From Aliivibrio fischeri ES114 (GTDB taxonomy: Bacteria > Pseudomonadota > Gammaproteobacteria > Enterobacterales > Vibrionaceae): a stretch of 32,000 nt of DNA. The stretch lies in the NCBI RefSeq assembly GCF_000011805.1, contig NC_006840.2. One strand, written 5' to 3'. The notes beneath the pieces are model-generated. The model had not been told where the DNA came from. It did not search any database and saw only the letters and a list, made by a program, of their open reading frames with translations. Both the position numbers and the translations under genes were made by a program. This document shows positions 1 to 11,126 of the stretch, piece after piece; position 1 is the stretch's first letter; each line of letters opens with the position of its first letter.

Positions 1-944
1 TTGAAGACGAAGAGAAAGATCTAACTGAAGAAGATGCAGAGAAAGATTTTGCTCGCCTTCAGGATCAACCGATTAAACTTGCTATCATTGGCCGTCCAAA
101 CGTAGGTAAATCGACACTGACTAACCGTATTCTTGGTGAAGAACGTGTGGTGGTTTACGATATGCCTGGTACAACTCGTGACTCTATTTACATTCCTATG
201 GAACGTGAAGGTCAAGAATACGTATTAATTGATACTGCGGGTGTTCGTCGTCGTGGCCGTATTAACGAAACCGTAGAAAAATTCTCTGTAATCAAAACAT
301 TAAAAGCCGTTGAAGATGCAAACGTTGTTCTACTGGTGATTGATGCTCGTGAAAACATCTCAGATCAAGATTTAAGTCTACTTGGCTTTGCACTGAATGC
401 GGGTCGTTCATTAGTAATTGCTGTGAACAAGTGGGATGGTTTAGATAACGATGTGAAAGAAAAAGTAAAATCTGAACTTGATCGCCGTTTAGGTTTTGTT
501 GATTTTGCTCGTATTCACTTTATTTCTGCACTACACGGTACAGGTGTTGGTCACTTGTATGAATCGGTTCAAGAAGCATACGTTTCTGCGACTAAGCGTG
601 TTGGTACTTCTGTTTTAACTCGTATCATGAAAATGGCACAAGATGATCACCAACCACCATTGGTTCGTGGCCGTCGTGTGAAGCTAAAATACGCTCACGC
701 AGGTGGTTACAATCCACCGCTTATCGTTATTCACGGTAACCAAGTGAAAGAATTACCATCTTCATACAAACGTTTCTTAATGAACTACTACCGTAAGTCT
801 TTAGAAATTATGGGCACTCCAATTCGTATTCAATTCCAGAATAGCGAAAACCCATTTGAAGATCGTGGTGGCAAACTAACTATGTCGCAAGAGCGTCAAC
901 GCAAGCGTCTGTTAGGTGCAGTGAAAAACCGCAACAAGAAGTAA
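1..944 (+). CDS. der: GTPase Der (EngA), C-terminal about 313 codons; the 5' end lies upstream of the window
   Basis: Frame 3 is open from base 3. It reads ...[21 protein letters not shown] (P-loop of the second GTPase domain), followed by DTAG, NKWD and a KH-like C-terminal tail. The listed ORF 147..944 is only the part after an internal Met. Confidence 0.93.
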   Translation, partial: EDEEKDLTEEDAEKDFARLQDQPIKLAIIGRPNVGKSTLTNRILGEERVVVYDMPGTTRDSIYIPMEREGQEYVLIDTAGVRRRGRINETVEKFSVIKTLKAVEDANVVLLVIDARENISDQDLSLLGFALNAGRSLVIAVNKWDGLDNDVKEKVKSELDRRLGFVDFARIHFISALHGTGVGHLYESVQEAYVSATKRVGTSVLTRIMKMAQDDHQPPLVRGRRVKLKYAHAGGYNPPLIVIHGNQVKELPSSYKRFLMNYYRKSLEIMGTPIRIQFQNSENPFEDRGGKLTMSQERQRKRLLGAVKNRNKK

Positions 945-980
945 TCCAGAGTTACGTTCTTAAATGTATATTAAATAATA

Positions 981-1012
981 AAACGCCCATCTAGTTGTTG
1001 GGCGTTTTTTTT
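981..1012 (+). terminator. Rho-independent terminator after der
   Basis: Stem aaacgccca (981-989) pairs with tgggcgttt (999-1007) around a 9-nt loop, followed by a T-run to 1012. Confidence 0.8.
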
Positions 1013-1023
1013 AGGTAAAAATC

Positions 1024-1899
1024 ATGACTCAATTAGCAGCAACTGAAATTTTATTTTGTCATAACACATGGCAATCAGACTCCACTGTGCAACTTATCAA
1101 AGAAACAGAGCAAGGAAAGTGGATTATTACTAAAGCGACGCCATTTCATCCTGTTAGCCATATTTGGCCAGATCACCCAGAAGATAAAGGTGTAATACTG
1201 ATTAATAACGAAGAATACTCAGTACTTGCTTGTCAAACTGGAGCTATAGAACTTGCTACAGGTGAGCTTTATATTGGAAAAGATATTCCAATTAAACGTG
1301 GCGAAGAGGGATGGGTCTTTGTTGTTTCGCATTTAATCTCTAAAGATGCGGATATAGCAGTAGAAAATACTGTTACTTTGCGTGTTGATGAGGAGTATCA
1401 AAAAGCATTAAGTCGTGGTCATAGTGCAGGGCATATTGCTTATTTAGCACTAAATAAAGTGCTTCATGCTAACTACTGGCGTAAAGATGCTGATAGAAAA
1501 GACGAATTAGGCCACTATAATTTTAATAGCTATGCGCAAGAAACTAGCTTTGTATCTGAAGATCATTGTGAAGATGTATATCGTTTAGGTAAAACATTAC
1601 GTAAGCGTGGTCTTAATAGCGCAGAGATGATGGCGGATCTTAAGACAATAGAAGAAGCAGTCAATCATCAAATTATTGAGTGGCTTGCCCTAGAAAGTCA
1701 AGTAACTATGCAATGTGATGGTAAAGCGTTAACCGATTCACGTTACTGGATAGTAGATTTTGGTATAGATGGAATAGCAAAACTTCCTTGTGGTGGTACG
1801 CATGTTAGTTCATTTAAAGAATACGCAACAATTATTGTCAAATTGGAAGAGAAAAGTGAGCAAGAGCTCCTTATGCTAACAACATCGATTAAAAAATAA
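1024..1899 (+). CDS. AlaX-like metal-dependent hydrolase (Ala/Thr-tRNA synthetase second additional/editing domain family)
   Basis: 291-aa ORF with an HxxxH motif (HSAGH) and a CxxxH motif (CGGTH) in the order typical of AlaRS/ThrRS editing-domain proteins. Confidence 0.65.
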   Translation: MTQLAATEILFCHNTWQSDSTVQLIKETEQGKWIITKATPFHPVSHIWPDHPEDKGVILINNEEYSVLACQTGAIELATGELYIGKDIPIKRGEEGWVFVVSHLISKDADIAVENTVTLRVDEEYQKALSRGHSAGHIAYLALNKVLHANYWRKDADRKDELGHYNFNSYAQETSFVSEDHCEDVYRLGKTLRKRGLNSAEMMADLKTIEEAVNHQIIEWLALESQVTMQCDGKALTDSRYWIVDFGIDGIAKLPCGGTHVSSFKEYATIIVKLEEKSEQELLMLTTSIKK

Positions 1900-2213
1900 T
1901 CTAAAAAATGGAAATTACATTCCATGTATATTTCATTCTGCATTTTGTGTAATTAGAGTATTTTTCACTGAAAATCATAAGCCAAAGAATGATTGATGTG
2001 CTGGATCTTCTGATATCAAACGTTAAATTTAGATTTTAATATGGTTTTAAATTGAAAAACAGCATATGTAACTAATGCTTTCGGGGTGTGGTTATATAAA
2101 TGTTCTTAAAGGGCATGATCGCTGATCAGATCCCTATAAGCATGAAGATCCACATCATTTGAATATACTGAATAAAGAGTATTATTGAATAAGAACGATT
2201 AAAGAAGGAATGA
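1900..2213. promoter_or_regulatory. Candidate crtS-like (chromosome-2 replication triggering) site and yfgJ promoter region
   Basis: 314-bp AT-rich spacer between the alaX-like ORF and yfgJ, upstream of xseA-guaBA. From memory, the same gene order holds in V. cholerae (VC0763 der, VC0764, VC0765, VC0766 xseA), where crtS lies between VC0764 and VC0765. GATC sites at 2004, 2117, 2124, 2129 and 2147, including TGATCAGATC. Positional inference only. Confidence 0.4.
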
Positions 2214-2216
2214 GTG

Positions 2217-2450
2217 ATGCAAGAAAATCAATGTCCAAAATGCCAATCTGAATTACGTTGGCAGAAAGAGGGTTATCATTGTGACTTTTGTCAGATAGAT
2301 TTTAAGAAAGTGGCTTATTGCCCTGATTGCAACAAGGAAATGGAAAAGCTTAATGCTTGTGGCGCAGCAAGCTATTTTTGTCATGATTGCAATGAACTTA
2401 AGTCTAAATCACGAGCAAAAACGGAGTTTTCTGAAATTGCAATTAGTTAA
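2217..2450 (+). CDS. yfgJ: YfgJ-family double zinc-ribbon protein
   Basis: Four CxxC pairs (CPKC, CDFC, CPDC, CHDC) and an ACGAASYFC core resembling E. coli YfgJ. Same neighbourhood (der/xseA) as in E. coli. The ATG at 2217 is preferred over the GTG at 2214 because of the AAGGAA Shine-Dalgarno at 2204-2209. Confidence 0.8.
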   Translation: MQENQCPKCQSELRWQKEGYHCDFCQIDFKKVAYCPDCNKEMEKLNACGAASYFCHDCNELKSKSRAKTEFSEIAIS

Positions 2451-3792
2451 GTTCAGATGCTTTAGTTACCGTTGATGTAATATCACCATCAGCAAAACGA
2501 GTGGTAATGTTATCACCTAACTCCACTTGTTTTGTTGAAGTGATGATCTTCCCATCTTGATTGTGTGTGATGGAATAACCACGCATTAAGGTAGCTAAAG
2601 GGCTTACTGTATCTAGTTTCTCTGCTGCTAAAGCTAATTGATGACGTTGCATTAGTAGATTTCTATCCATTGAATCTAATAAGCGACGTTTGAGTTCTTC
2701 AATATGTAATTTATCTTGAGAGATTCTTTTTGTCGGAGATAAATTGTTTAATCGTAGCGTTAAGTTTTCAACTCTGTATTGCTGACGTTGAAGGCGCTGC
2801 TGAATATGATTCATCAATCTCTGATTAAGATCATCTAAGCGTTGGCTTTGATTATTTAGCTGCATCTGAGGGTGTTGCTTTTCAATTCGATGTTGATAAG
2901 CAGATAAGGAACGCTGTTGATGTGATAAATAACGTTCCATTGCACTATTTAAACGGCGCTTCTGATGAGCAACTGTTTGCAATTGCGCTGATAAATCACG
3001 ACTCACTAATTCAGCAGCAGCTGAAGGGGTCGGTGCACGAACATCAGCAACAAAGTCAGCAATAGTAACATCAATCTCATGCCCTACAGCACTTACAATT
3101 GGGATCTCACTTGCAGCAATGGTTCGTGCAACGATTTCTTCGTTAAAACACCAAAGATCTTCTAATGAACCGCCGCCTCGACCGACAATTAAAATATCAC
3201 ATTCATTACGACTGTTAGCTCGCCCAATAGCTTGAGCTATCTGTATAGCGGCACCACTTCCTTGAACCATGGTTGGATAAATCACAATTGGTAGGTTTGG
3301 ATCTCGTCGCTTTAATACATGGAGAATGTCAAAAAGGGCAGCCCCTGTTTGTGAAGTAATGATACCAACACGTTTTGGCTGTTCTGGTAAGGATTTTTTG
3401 GCTGTCTGAGCAAATAACCCTTCCGCAGCCAGTGACATTTTTAGTTGATCAAACTCTTGTTGAAGACGGCCATCTCCCTCAGGTTGCATACTTTCAATGA
3501 TAAGTTGATAGTCACCACGAGGTTCGTAAAGAGAGAGGCGGGCTTTAACAAGAACTTGTTTGCCGTTTTGTGGTTTAAAGTTAACTCGTCGGTTATTGCC
3601 TTTAAACATGGCACATTTCACTTGTGCTTGACTGTCTTTTAAAGTGAGGTACCAGTGGCCAGAAACAGGCACGGTAAGATTGGAGATTTCGCCGACTAAC
3701 CAGACAATTCCCATCTCGTTCTCTAATAATAGGCGAACTTCAGCATTCAATCGAGAGACAGTAAAGATACGAGGATTAGAATCGAGAGACAT
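2443..3792 (-). CDS. xseA: Exodeoxyribonuclease VII large subunit
   Basis: 449 aa with an N-terminal OB fold (FTVSRLN...VWLVGEISN), a catalytic core and a long C-terminal coiled coil. Divergent from guaB, as in enterobacteria. Confidence 0.95.
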   Translation of the reverse strand: MSLDSNPRIFTVSRLNAEVRLLLENEMGIVWLVGEISNLTVPVSGHWYLTLKDSQAQVKCAMFKGNNRRVNFKPQNGKQVLVKARLSLYEPRGDYQLIIESMQPEGDGRLQQEFDQLKMSLAAEGLFAQTAKKSLPEQPKRVGIITSQTGAALFDILHVLKRRDPNLPIVIYPTMVQGSGAAIQIAQAIGRANSRNECDILIVGRGGGSLEDLWCFNEEIVARTIAASEIPIVSAVGHEIDVTIADFVADVRAPTPSAAAELVSRDLSAQLQTVAHQKRRLNSAMERYLSHQQRSLSAYQHRIEKQHPQMQLNNQSQRLDDLNQRLMNHIQQRLQRQQYRVENLTLRLNNLSPTKRISQDKLHIEELKRRLLDSMDRNLLMQRHQLALAAEKLDTVSPLATLMRGYSITHNQDGKIITSTKQVELGDNITTRFADGDITSTVTKASELN

Positions 3793-3879
3793 CAGAATGC
3801 CTTAGACATGGCTATAGGAATTAGCGGCAATATAATACATATCAAGGGGGTAATTGCAAATTAAAAATAAATAAATGTG

Positions 3880-3908
3880 TAGCCAAGCGTTTGCGCTATG
3901 CGTATAAT
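3880..3908 (+). promoter_or_regulatory. Putative guaBA promoter (-35 TAGCCA, 17-bp spacer, -10 TATAAT) with an upstream A/T-rich UP-like tract
   Basis: TATAAT at 3903-3908 and TAGCCA at 3880-3885, with aaattaaaaataaataaa upstream. The spacer contains CGTTTGCG (3888-3895), which matches one half of a PurR box. The other half matches poorly. Confidence 0.45.
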
Positions 3909-4000
3909 CCGTCTGCAATATCAAATCCAAAACACTTTATTATGCGAAACGATAAAGTGGGATTTATTCCTTTAAACACCTTTGTTGTGAGATATTGCAA

Positions 4001-5464
4001 ATGCTACGAATCGCAAAAGAAGCTCTAACCTTCGATGACGTTTTACTCGTCCCAGCACACTCAACAGTTCTTCCTAACACTGCTGATCTTCGCACTCAGT
4101 TAACCAAGAACATTTCTCTGAATATTCCAATGATCTCAGCATCTATGGATACGGTAACAGAAGCGCGCCTTGCTATTGCATTAGCGCAAGAGGGTGGCAT
4201 CGGTTTTATCCACAAAAACATGTCTATTGAGCAGCAAGCTGAAGAAGTTCGCCTAGTTAAAATTTTTGAAGCTGGTGTTGTTTCTGCTCCTGTCACTGTT
4301 CGTCCAGACGCAACGATTCAAGATGTTAAAGAACTAACAGAGAAACACGGCTTTGCTGGCTTCCCTGTAGTTACTGAAACTAATGAACTTGTAGGTATTA
4401 TCACAGGTCGTGATGTTCGCTTTGTAACTGATTTATCTAAGAAAGTTGACGTTGTAATGACGCCGAAATCACGTTTGGCTTCTGTTAAAGAAGGTGCAAC
4501 TCGTGAAGAAGTTCAAGAGAAAATGCACGAAGCTCGTGTTGAGAAAGTACTAGTAGTGAACGATGAGTTCCAACTAACCGGTATGATCACGGCAAAAGAT
4601 TTCCATAAAGCAGAACGTAAACCAAATGCATGTAAAGACGAGCGTGGTCGTCTACGTGTAGGTGCTGCAGTAGGTGCAGGTGCAGGTAACGAAGAACGTG
4701 TTAAAGCATTAGTTGAAGCTGGTGTGGATGTTCTACTAATCGACTCTTCACACGGTCACTCTGAAGGTGTTTTAAACCGTATCCGTGAAACACGTGCTGC
4801 ATACCCAGATTTAGATATTATCGGTGGTAATGTTGCAACAGCAGCTGGTGCAAAAGCACTAATCGAAGCTGGTGTAAGCGCAGTTAAAGTGGGTATCGGC
4901 CCAGGTTCAATCTGTACAACTCGTATCGTAACAGGTGTTGGTGTTCCTCAAGTAACAGCTATTGCAGATGCAGCATCAGCAGCGGCTGAATACGGTATTC
5001 CAGTAATCGCTGATGGCGGTATCCGTTTCTCTGGTGACATCTGTAAAGCAATCGTAGCTGGCGCATCATGTGTGATGGTTGGTTCAATGTTTGCTGGTAC
5101 AGAAGAAGCACCAGGCGAAGTGATTCTTTACCAAGGTCGTTCATACAAAGCATACCGTGGTATGGGTTCTTTAGGTGCAATGTCTCAAGGGTCTTCAGAC
5201 CGTTACTTCCAATCAGATAACGCAGCAGATAAATTGGTACCAGAAGGTATCGAAGGTCGTATCGCATATAAAGGTCGTCTAAAAGAGATCGTTCACCAAC
5301 AAATGGGTGGCTTACGTTCAAGCATGGGCCTAACAGGTTCAGCAACAATTGAAGACATGCGTACTAAAGCTGAATTTGTTCGTATTTCAGGCGCAGGGAT
5401 GAAAGAGTCTCACGTACATGATGTTCAAATCACGAAAGAAGCACCAAACTATCGCCTAGGCTAA
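4001..5464 (+). CDS. guaB: IMP dehydrogenase
   Basis: [19 protein letters not shown]-terminus, a CBS pair and the catalytic [11 protein letters not shown] loop. The ATG at 4001 is preferred to the TTG at 3995 used by the ORF track. Confidence 0.97.
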   Translation: MLRIAKEALTFDDVLLVPAHSTVLPNTADLRTQLTKNISLNIPMISASMDTVTEARLAIALAQEGGIGFIHKNMSIEQQAEEVRLVKIFEAGVVSAPVTVRPDATIQDVKELTEKHGFAGFPVVTETNELVGIITGRDVRFVTDLSKKVDVVMTPKSRLASVKEGATREEVQEKMHEARVEKVLVVNDEFQLTGMITAKDFHKAERKPNACKDERGRLRVGAAVGAGAGNEERVKALVEAGVDVLLIDSSHGHSEGVLNRIRETRAAYPDLDIIGGNVATAAGAKALIEAGVSAVKVGIGPGSICTTRIVTGVGVPQVTAIADAASAAAEYGIPVIADGGIRFSGDICKAIVAGASCVMVGSMFAGTEEAPGEVILYQGRSYKAYRGMGSLGAMSQGSSDRYFQSDNAADKLVPEGIEGRIAYKGRLKEIVHQQMGGLRSSMGLTGSATIEDMRTKAEFVRISGAGMKESHVHDVQITKEAPNYRLG

Positions 5465-5665
5465 TTTTTCTTAATTTTCTTTGCAGAATCTTCCGATTTC
5501 GTTGTCAAAGGTACTCATTTACACTTGTAAACTCCGTGCCTTTTCCTAGAATTCGAATGATTCTGCTTTGAAATATAAAGAAAAAATACTTTGTACTAAA
5601 TTCAATTTTAAGCGTGTGGTTTATATGAAAGCCACACTAAATAAATGATTTTTTGAGAAAGACTA

Positions 5666-7219
5666 ATGACGACTAATATCCACGATCAACGTATTCTTAT
5701 TTTAGATTTTGGTTCTCAATATACGCAGCTTGTTGCGCGTCGTATTCGTGAAATCGGTGTTTACTGTGAGCTTTGGAGCTGGGATGTAGAAGAATCTGAC
5801 ATCCGTGATTTTAATCCAGACGGTATCATTTTATCTGGTGGCCCTGAGAGTGTTACAGAAGAAAACTCTCCTCGTGCACCACAATATGTATTTGATTCAG
5901 GTGTTCCTGTATTTGGTGTGTGTTACGGCATGCAGACAATGGCAGAGCAACTGGGTGGTAAAGTAGCAACATCAACTGAGCGTGAGTTTGGTTATGCAGC
6001 GGTACAAGTAACTGGTGAATCAGCGTTATTTAAAGATCTTGAAGCAACTCAAGATGTTTGGATGAGTCACGGTGATAAAGTTGTTGAAATCCCATCTGAT
6101 TTCGTAAAAATTGCAGAGACAGAAACCTGTCCATATGCTGCAATGGCGAACGAAGAGAAGAAATACTACGGTGTTCAATTCCACCCAGAAGTAACTCACA
6201 CTAAAAATGGCATGAAAATGCTTGAGAACTTTGTTCTTAATGTGTGTGGTTGTGAAGGTTTATGGACATCAGCTTCTATTATCGAAGATGCCGTTGCTCG
6301 TATTAAAGAGCAAGTGGGTGATGATGAAGTGATTCTTGGTTTATCTGGTGGCGTTGACTCATCAGTAGTTGCAATGCTTGCTCACCGTGCAATTGGTGAC
6401 AAACTAACGTGTGTATTCGTTGATAACGGTTTATTACGTTTAAATGAAGCTGATCAGGTAATGGAAATGTTTGGCAATAAATTTGGCCTAAACATTGTAC
6501 ATGTGAATGCTGAACAGCGTTTCCTTGATGCACTAGAAGGTGAATCAGATCCTGAAACAAAACGTAAGATCATTGGTCACGTATTCGTAGATATCTTTGA
6601 TGAAGAATCGAAGAAACTGAAAAATGCTAAATGGTTAGCGCAAGGTACTATTTACCCTGATGTTATTGAATCAGCTGCATCTAAAACAGGTAAAGCTCAC
6701 GTAATTAAATCACACCATAACGTTGGCGGCTTGCCAGATGATATGGAAATGGGTCTTGTTGAGCCTCTACGTGAATTATTTAAAGATGAAGTTCGTAAGA
6801 TCGGTCTAGAACTAGGCTTACCTTATAACATGCTTTACCGCCACCCATTCCCGGGTCCAGGTTTAGGTGTTCGTGTTCTTGGTGAAATTAAGAAAGAGTA
6901 CTGTGATTTACTTCGCCGTGCAGATGCTATTTTCATTGAAGAATTACACAATGCAGATCTTTACAATAAAGTATCTCAAGCATTCACTGTATTCTTACCA
7001 GTTCGTTCTGTTGGTGTAATGGGTGACGGTCGTAAGTACGATTGGGTTGTTTCTCTACGTGCTGTTGAGACTATCGACTTTATGACTGCGCATTGGGCAC
7101 ATTTACCATACGATTTCTTAGGTAAAGTATCTAACCGTATTATTAATGAAGTTAATGGCATTTCTCGTGTAGTTTACGATATTTCAGGTAAGCCACCAGC
7201 AACAATTGAGTGGGAATAA
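5666..7219 (+). CDS. guaA: GMP synthase (glutamine-hydrolysing)
   Basis: 517 aa with a class-I amidotransferase domain (GVCYGMQ), an ATP-PPase SGGVDSS motif and a C-terminal ...KPPATIEWE. Confidence 0.97.
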   Translation: MTTNIHDQRILILDFGSQYTQLVARRIREIGVYCELWSWDVEESDIRDFNPDGIILSGGPESVTEENSPRAPQYVFDSGVPVFGVCYGMQTMAEQLGGKVATSTEREFGYAAVQVTGESALFKDLEATQDVWMSHGDKVVEIPSDFVKIAETETCPYAAMANEEKKYYGVQFHPEVTHTKNGMKMLENFVLNVCGCEGLWTSASIIEDAVARIKEQVGDDEVILGLSGGVDSSVVAMLAHRAIGDKLTCVFVDNGLLRLNEADQVMEMFGNKFGLNIVHVNAEQRFLDALEGESDPETKRKIIGHVFVDIFDEESKKLKNAKWLAQGTIYPDVIESAASKTGKAHVIKSHHNVGGLPDDMEMGLVEPLRELFKDEVRKIGLELGLPYNMLYRHPFPGPGLGVRVLGEIKKEYCDLLRRADAIFIEELHNADLYNKVSQAFTVFLPVRSVGVMGDGRKYDWVVSLRAVETIDFMTAHWAHLPYDFLGKVSNRIINEVNGISRVVYDISGKPPATIEWE

Positions 7220-7253
7220 TTCTTAATAATTGTTGATATGAATTTTGTTTATT

Positions 7254-7278
7254 AAAGCGCCGAAAGGCGCTTTTTTTG
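7254..7278 (+). terminator. Rho-independent terminator after guaA
   Basis: aaagcgcc / gaaa loop / ggcgcttt, followed by a T-run. Confidence 0.85.
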
Positions 7279-7494
7279 TTTCCATTGTAATGTAAATATT
7301 AACGTTGTTAGATAGATGTTTCATTGAAACATTAATTTACAAATTAAACATTTGTATAGCGCTGAAAATGCAATGTATTAAGCTTTTCTTGGCAATATCT
7401 GGTTTACACTGATTTAGCAAAGGAATAGATAAAGAATAAAAAAAATCAAATCTCTTTATCTTTAAATACAACATTACAGAAAATGGAGTTACGA

Positions 7495-9054
7495 ATGAGT
7501 AACCAAGTAGCAGAGAAAACACCTAAGCTTAGCGGCATGGATCGTTTTCTGAATACAATTGAACGAGTAGGTAACAAGATACCAGATCCTGCACTACTGT
7601 TTTTCTGGGGCCTTTTAATTGTTTGGGGTCTTTCAGCGCTATTATCACAAGTACAATTTGACTTAATTCACCCAGTAACCCAAGACGCGGTTCAAGTGAA
7701 AAACCTTTTAACTGGTGATTCTCTAGCAAACTTTTTAGCAACAATGGTAACGAACTTCACGGGCTTTGCTCCTTTAGGTATCGTATTAGTTGCTATGTTA
7801 GGTGTAGGTGTTGCAGATACTTCTGGCTTTATTCAAACAGGCCTAAAGAAAATGCTTAACTTTACGCCAGCTAAACTATTAACACCTATGCTTATTCTTG
7901 TTGCTATCGTTTCGCATACAGCAGCAGATGCGGGTTACGTTTTAGTTATTCCTCTAGGTGGTATTATTTTCCACGCAGCAGGCCGTCATCCACTAGCTGG
8001 TATCGCAGCAGCATTTGCTGGTGTATCTGGTGGTTTCTCTGCAAACTTTATCCCATCAGGTATTGATCCATTACTAGCTGGCTTTACTCAAACAGCCGCT
8101 CAAGTACTAGATACTTCTTATATTGTTAACCCATTAGCAAATATTTACTTTACTGGTCTTTCTTCAATTCTAATTGTTGTGATCGGTTGGTATGTAACAG
8201 ATAAGATTATCGAACCTCGTTTAGCAAATACACCAGTAGACGAAGATGCTGAAGAAGCACCTGATCTAGGTTCATTTACTGAGATTGAATCTAAAGCATT
8301 CAAATTTGCTGGTTGGGCGATGGTTGCAGGTATTGCATTATTAATTGCTTTAATCTACCCAGAAAATTCAGCACTTCGTTCTCCTGATGGTGAAATTACG
8401 TCATTCTCAGCACCATTAATGAAGTCAATTGTTCCACTTATCTTCATTCTATTTATTATTCCTGGCATTGTTTATGGGCGTGTTTCAGGAACATTTAAAA
8501 GCAGTAATGATGTAATTAAAGCAATGTCACAAACGATGGGTACAATGGGTGCATACATGGTTATGTCATTCTTCTGTGCGCAATTCTTAGTAGCATTCAG
8601 TCAATCAAATATCGGTACAATTTTAGCAATGTACGGTGCTGATTTCTTAAAAGCGATGGACCTACCTGGTCAAATGACCATTATTGGTATGATTTTGCTA
8701 ACGGCAATGGTTAACTTATTGATTGGTTCAGCATCAGCTAAATGGGCTCTAATTGGCCCTGTATTAGTACCTATGTTAATGGGTGTTGGTATTTCACCAG
8801 AACTTTCTCAAGCGGCTTACCGTGTTGGTGATTCAGTTTCGAATATCATCTCTCCTTTAATGGTATTTTTCCCATTAGTAGTGGTTTACTGCCAACGTTA
8901 CGTTAAGTCTACGGGTATCGGTACTCTTGCTTCTCTAATGATGCCATTCTCTATTGCTATGTTAGTTGGTTGGACAGTATTCCTACTTGCATACTGGGCT
9001 CTAGGCATTCCACTAGGTATCCAAGCGCCATACACATATAACCTTCCAGGTTAA
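7495..9054 (+). CDS. AbgT-family (p-aminobenzoyl-glutamate / MtrF-type) transporter
   Basis: About 519-aa polytopic membrane protein with AbgT-like length and sequence. The GGAG at 7485-7488 sits 6 nt before the ATG at 7495, so that start is favoured over the ATG at 7483. Confidence 0.8.
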   Translation: MSNQVAEKTPKLSGMDRFLNTIERVGNKIPDPALLFFWGLLIVWGLSALLSQVQFDLIHPVTQDAVQVKNLLTGDSLANFLATMVTNFTGFAPLGIVLVAMLGVGVADTSGFIQTGLKKMLNFTPAKLLTPMLILVAIVSHTAADAGYVLVIPLGGIIFHAAGRHPLAGIAAAFAGVSGGFSANFIPSGIDPLLAGFTQTAAQVLDTSYIVNPLANIYFTGLSSILIVVIGWYVTDKIIEPRLANTPVDEDAEEAPDLGSFTEIESKAFKFAGWAMVAGIALLIALIYPENSALRSPDGEITSFSAPLMKSIVPLIFILFIIPGIVYGRVSGTFKSSNDVIKAMSQTMGTMGAYMVMSFFCAQFLVAFSQSNIGTILAMYGADFLKAMDLPGQMTIIGMILLTAMVNLLIGSASAKWALIGPVLVPMLMGVGISPELSQAAYRVGDSVSNIISPLMVFFPLVVVYCQRYVKSTGIGTLASLMMPFSIAMLVGWTVFLLAYWALGIPLGIQAPYTYNLPG

Positions 9055-9071
9055 TTTGTATTAGTAAAAAT

Positions 9072-9108
9072 AAAGCCCTGAGAATGTTGAGTTCTCAGGG
9101 CTTTTTTT
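9072..9108. terminator. Bidirectional terminator between abgT-family gene and yheO-like gene
   Basis: 13-bp stem aaagccctgagaa / ttctcagggcttt, flanked by an A-run and a T-run. Confidence 0.8.
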
Positions 9109-9128
9109 ATGAGAGTAAAGAAAGGGGA

Positions 9129-9764
9129 TTACTTGAACTTTCTTAGGTATCGATAAACAGAATCTTTAGATACATTAAGAATATTAGCCGTTATCTGAAT
9201 CGCATCTTTAATATTAAAAGCCCCTTGGTGATGTAAGCGCTCAACGATCGTTCTTACTCGGCGTGAAACGGCAATGGTTTCATCTTCAAATACATCATGT
9301 TGTATTTTTGCTATTGAATCAGTAAGCATTTCAATACTGTCTTTGGCAAACGTTTCTGGTGAGGCGGTGAGTTGATTTGTTTGAGGAAACAGGTCCATAA
9401 AGAAATTGTTCATAGGAACATCAAGATTCGAATTAATGCAAAGTAAGGCAATTGGGGTGCCATCTTCATTTCTAATTATCGATGTGACAGAGCGTAGCAA
9501 TTCCCCTTTTTCAGTACGAGTAAAATAAGGGGTAGAGACATCAGAATCTGTTTTTAATTTCTCTAGTGCTAGGTTCGTGATAGGCGCACCGATGCCTCGG
9601 CCTGTTACATGCCCATTAGCTATTTTAATAATGGATGGGTTATCCGAGTCTAAAGAGTGCAATACCACTTCTACATGTTTACCAAACATTGCAGCAATGC
9701 CATCAACAATACTGTAAGTTGATTTGAGTATGAGTTTATCGGCTGTAGTCAGTTTATGTAGCAT
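9129..9764 (-). CDS. YheO-like (PAS-like sensor + C-terminal HTH) transcriptional regulator
   Basis: 211 aa. The N-terminal part has the YheO-type pattern (VEVVLHSLD...IIKIANGHVTGRGIGAP). The C-terminal part has an HTH (ITANILNVSKDSVYRYLRK). Confidence 0.75.
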   Translation of the reverse strand: MLHKLTTADKLILKSTYSIVDGIAAMFGKHVEVVLHSLDSDNPSIIKIANGHVTGRGIGAPITNLALEKLKTDSDVSTPYFTRTEKGELLRSVTSIIRNEDGTPIALLCINSNLDVPMNNFFMDLFPQTNQLTASPETFAKDSIEMLTDSIAKIQHDVFEDETIAVSRRVRTIVERLHHQGAFNIKDAIQITANILNVSKDSVYRYLRKFK

Positions 9765-9789
9765 ATATGTTCTTTATGTTGGTGAAATG

Positions 9790-9818
9790 AGATGTCACTT
9801 AACGGGTAAGTGACATCT
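9790..9818. repeat. Perfect 12-bp inverted repeat (agatgtcactta-N5-taagtgacatct) between cyuA and the yheO-like gene
   Basis: Read directly from the sequence. Lies 6-34 bp downstream of the cyuA stop and 26-54 bp upstream of the regulator start. Neither strand has a strong U-run. Confidence 0.7.
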
Positions 9819-9823
9819 TTTCA

Positions 9824-11110
9824 TTATGACGCCATTATTTCAATGATTTCATGATCAATATTAGGCATACCTGTTGTGATCATTCTGCCAATGTTTTTAA
9901 TTGTCTTTTCAACATCATCAGCAATCACACCTTGCTTCGTTACACAATGATCATTTAGTGCTAATAGAGCAGATTTCATTGCTGATTGAGCGCTACTTCC
10001 CACTTTCATCGCACACGTTGATTTTGCACCGTCACAAATCATACCGCTGGTATCACTGATGGTATTTTGAATGGCTGAGCAAGATTGTTCAAACGTGCCA
10101 CCAGCTAGATATACCATCGCCATTGATGCTGCTGCAGAAGTAACAGCATTACCACAAAAAGCAGAAAGTGGTGGGTAGTGAGATTTAATATAAATGGCAC
10201 CAAGATGACTCATGATAAAAGCTCGAGCTAATTTTTCATCATCAGCATTAAAAAAGTCAGCCATTTTTACTACTGGAATAGTTGCTGCAATACCTTGGTT
10301 ACCACTGCCATAATTCGACATGGCTGGTAGTGTCGCCCCTCCCATACGAGCGTCAGATGCTGCAGAAGTATAGATCAAAATGTCACTATCTAGACTTTTA
10401 GCAAGTAATCCTTTTTCAATGTTCTTTTGATAGGTTCGGCCGACTTCTAAACCGTAAGGGTTATTTAAACCTTCTTGAGCGAGAGCGATATTTAACTCTT
10501 TTGCCTCTAAAATAAATTTAATGTCGTCAAACTCTGCTTGGGTAGCAAAGTCATAAATTGATGAGATAGTGATATCAACGCCATCACAAATTGACGCTGT
10601 AGATGTTTTTGGTAAAGAGGAATCCAGCGTGAAAATGACGTTATCATCAAGACGTTTTTCAATAATTAGAGTGTGACCACCGCTAATCGTAACTTCAGCA
10701 TTATGAACCGCATTTTTAGCAATAACTCGACAATAAATAAACTCGTCAGTGGTTTCTCTTTGAACGACTACACAGCCATTATCAATGAGCTTTTGTGCTT
10801 CATCTACTTCTTCTTCAGTTATCTTTGCTAATACTTCTAAGCCTGCATCAGGATTACCACCTATTGCCCCAGTTGCCGCTGCAATAGCAAGGCCAACTCT
10901 ACCTGTTCTTGGTACAAAAACACCCATGCTATTTTTGTATAAGTTATCAGAAACAAAAACGTCTATTGTTTCTGGTTTAGAACCAAGCATTTGTGTAGCC
11001 ACGCTTGCAGCATAAGCGGCACAAATTGGTTCAGTACAACCAAGAGCTGGTTTTACAACACCTTGTAAAATATCAATGTACTGTTTCCAGATAGAGTTCA
11101 TGATGGTCAC
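9824..11110 (-). CDS. cyuA: L-cysteine desulfidase (YhaM/CyuA, UPF0597 / serine dehydratase alpha-like family)
   Basis: 428 aa with motifs I recall from E. coli YhaM: [47 protein letters not shown] and a C-terminal IIEIMAS. Confidence 0.85.
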   Translation of the reverse strand: MTIMNSIWKQYIDILQGVVKPALGCTEPICAAYAASVATQMLGSKPETIDVFVSDNLYKNSMGVFVPRTGRVGLAIAAATGAIGGNPDAGLEVLAKITEEEVDEAQKLIDNGCVVVQRETTDEFIYCRVIAKNAVHNAEVTISGGHTLIIEKRLDDNVIFTLDSSLPKTSTASICDGVDITISSIYDFATQAEFDDIKFILEAKELNIALAQEGLNNPYGLEVGRTYQKNIEKGLLAKSLDSDILIYTSAASDARMGGATLPAMSNYGSGNQGIAATIPVVKMADFFNADDEKLARAFIMSHLGAIYIKSHYPPLSAFCGNAVTSAAASMAMVYLAGGTFEQSCSAIQNTISDTSGMICDGAKSTCAMKVGSSAQSAMKSALLALNDHCVTKQGVIADDVEKTIKNIGRMITTGMPNIDHEIIEIMAS

Positions 11111-11126
11111 CTTTTATATCTAATTA

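Noticed and set aside
2443-2450. 8-nt convergent overlap of the yfgJ and xseA 3' ends
   Set aside because: Short convergent overlaps are common and need no special explanation.
7337-7522. 61-aa minus-strand ORF upstream of the abgT-family gene
   Set aside because: It lies in an AT-rich promoter region, overlaps the abgT start, and has hydrophobic low-complexity content and no ribosome-binding site.
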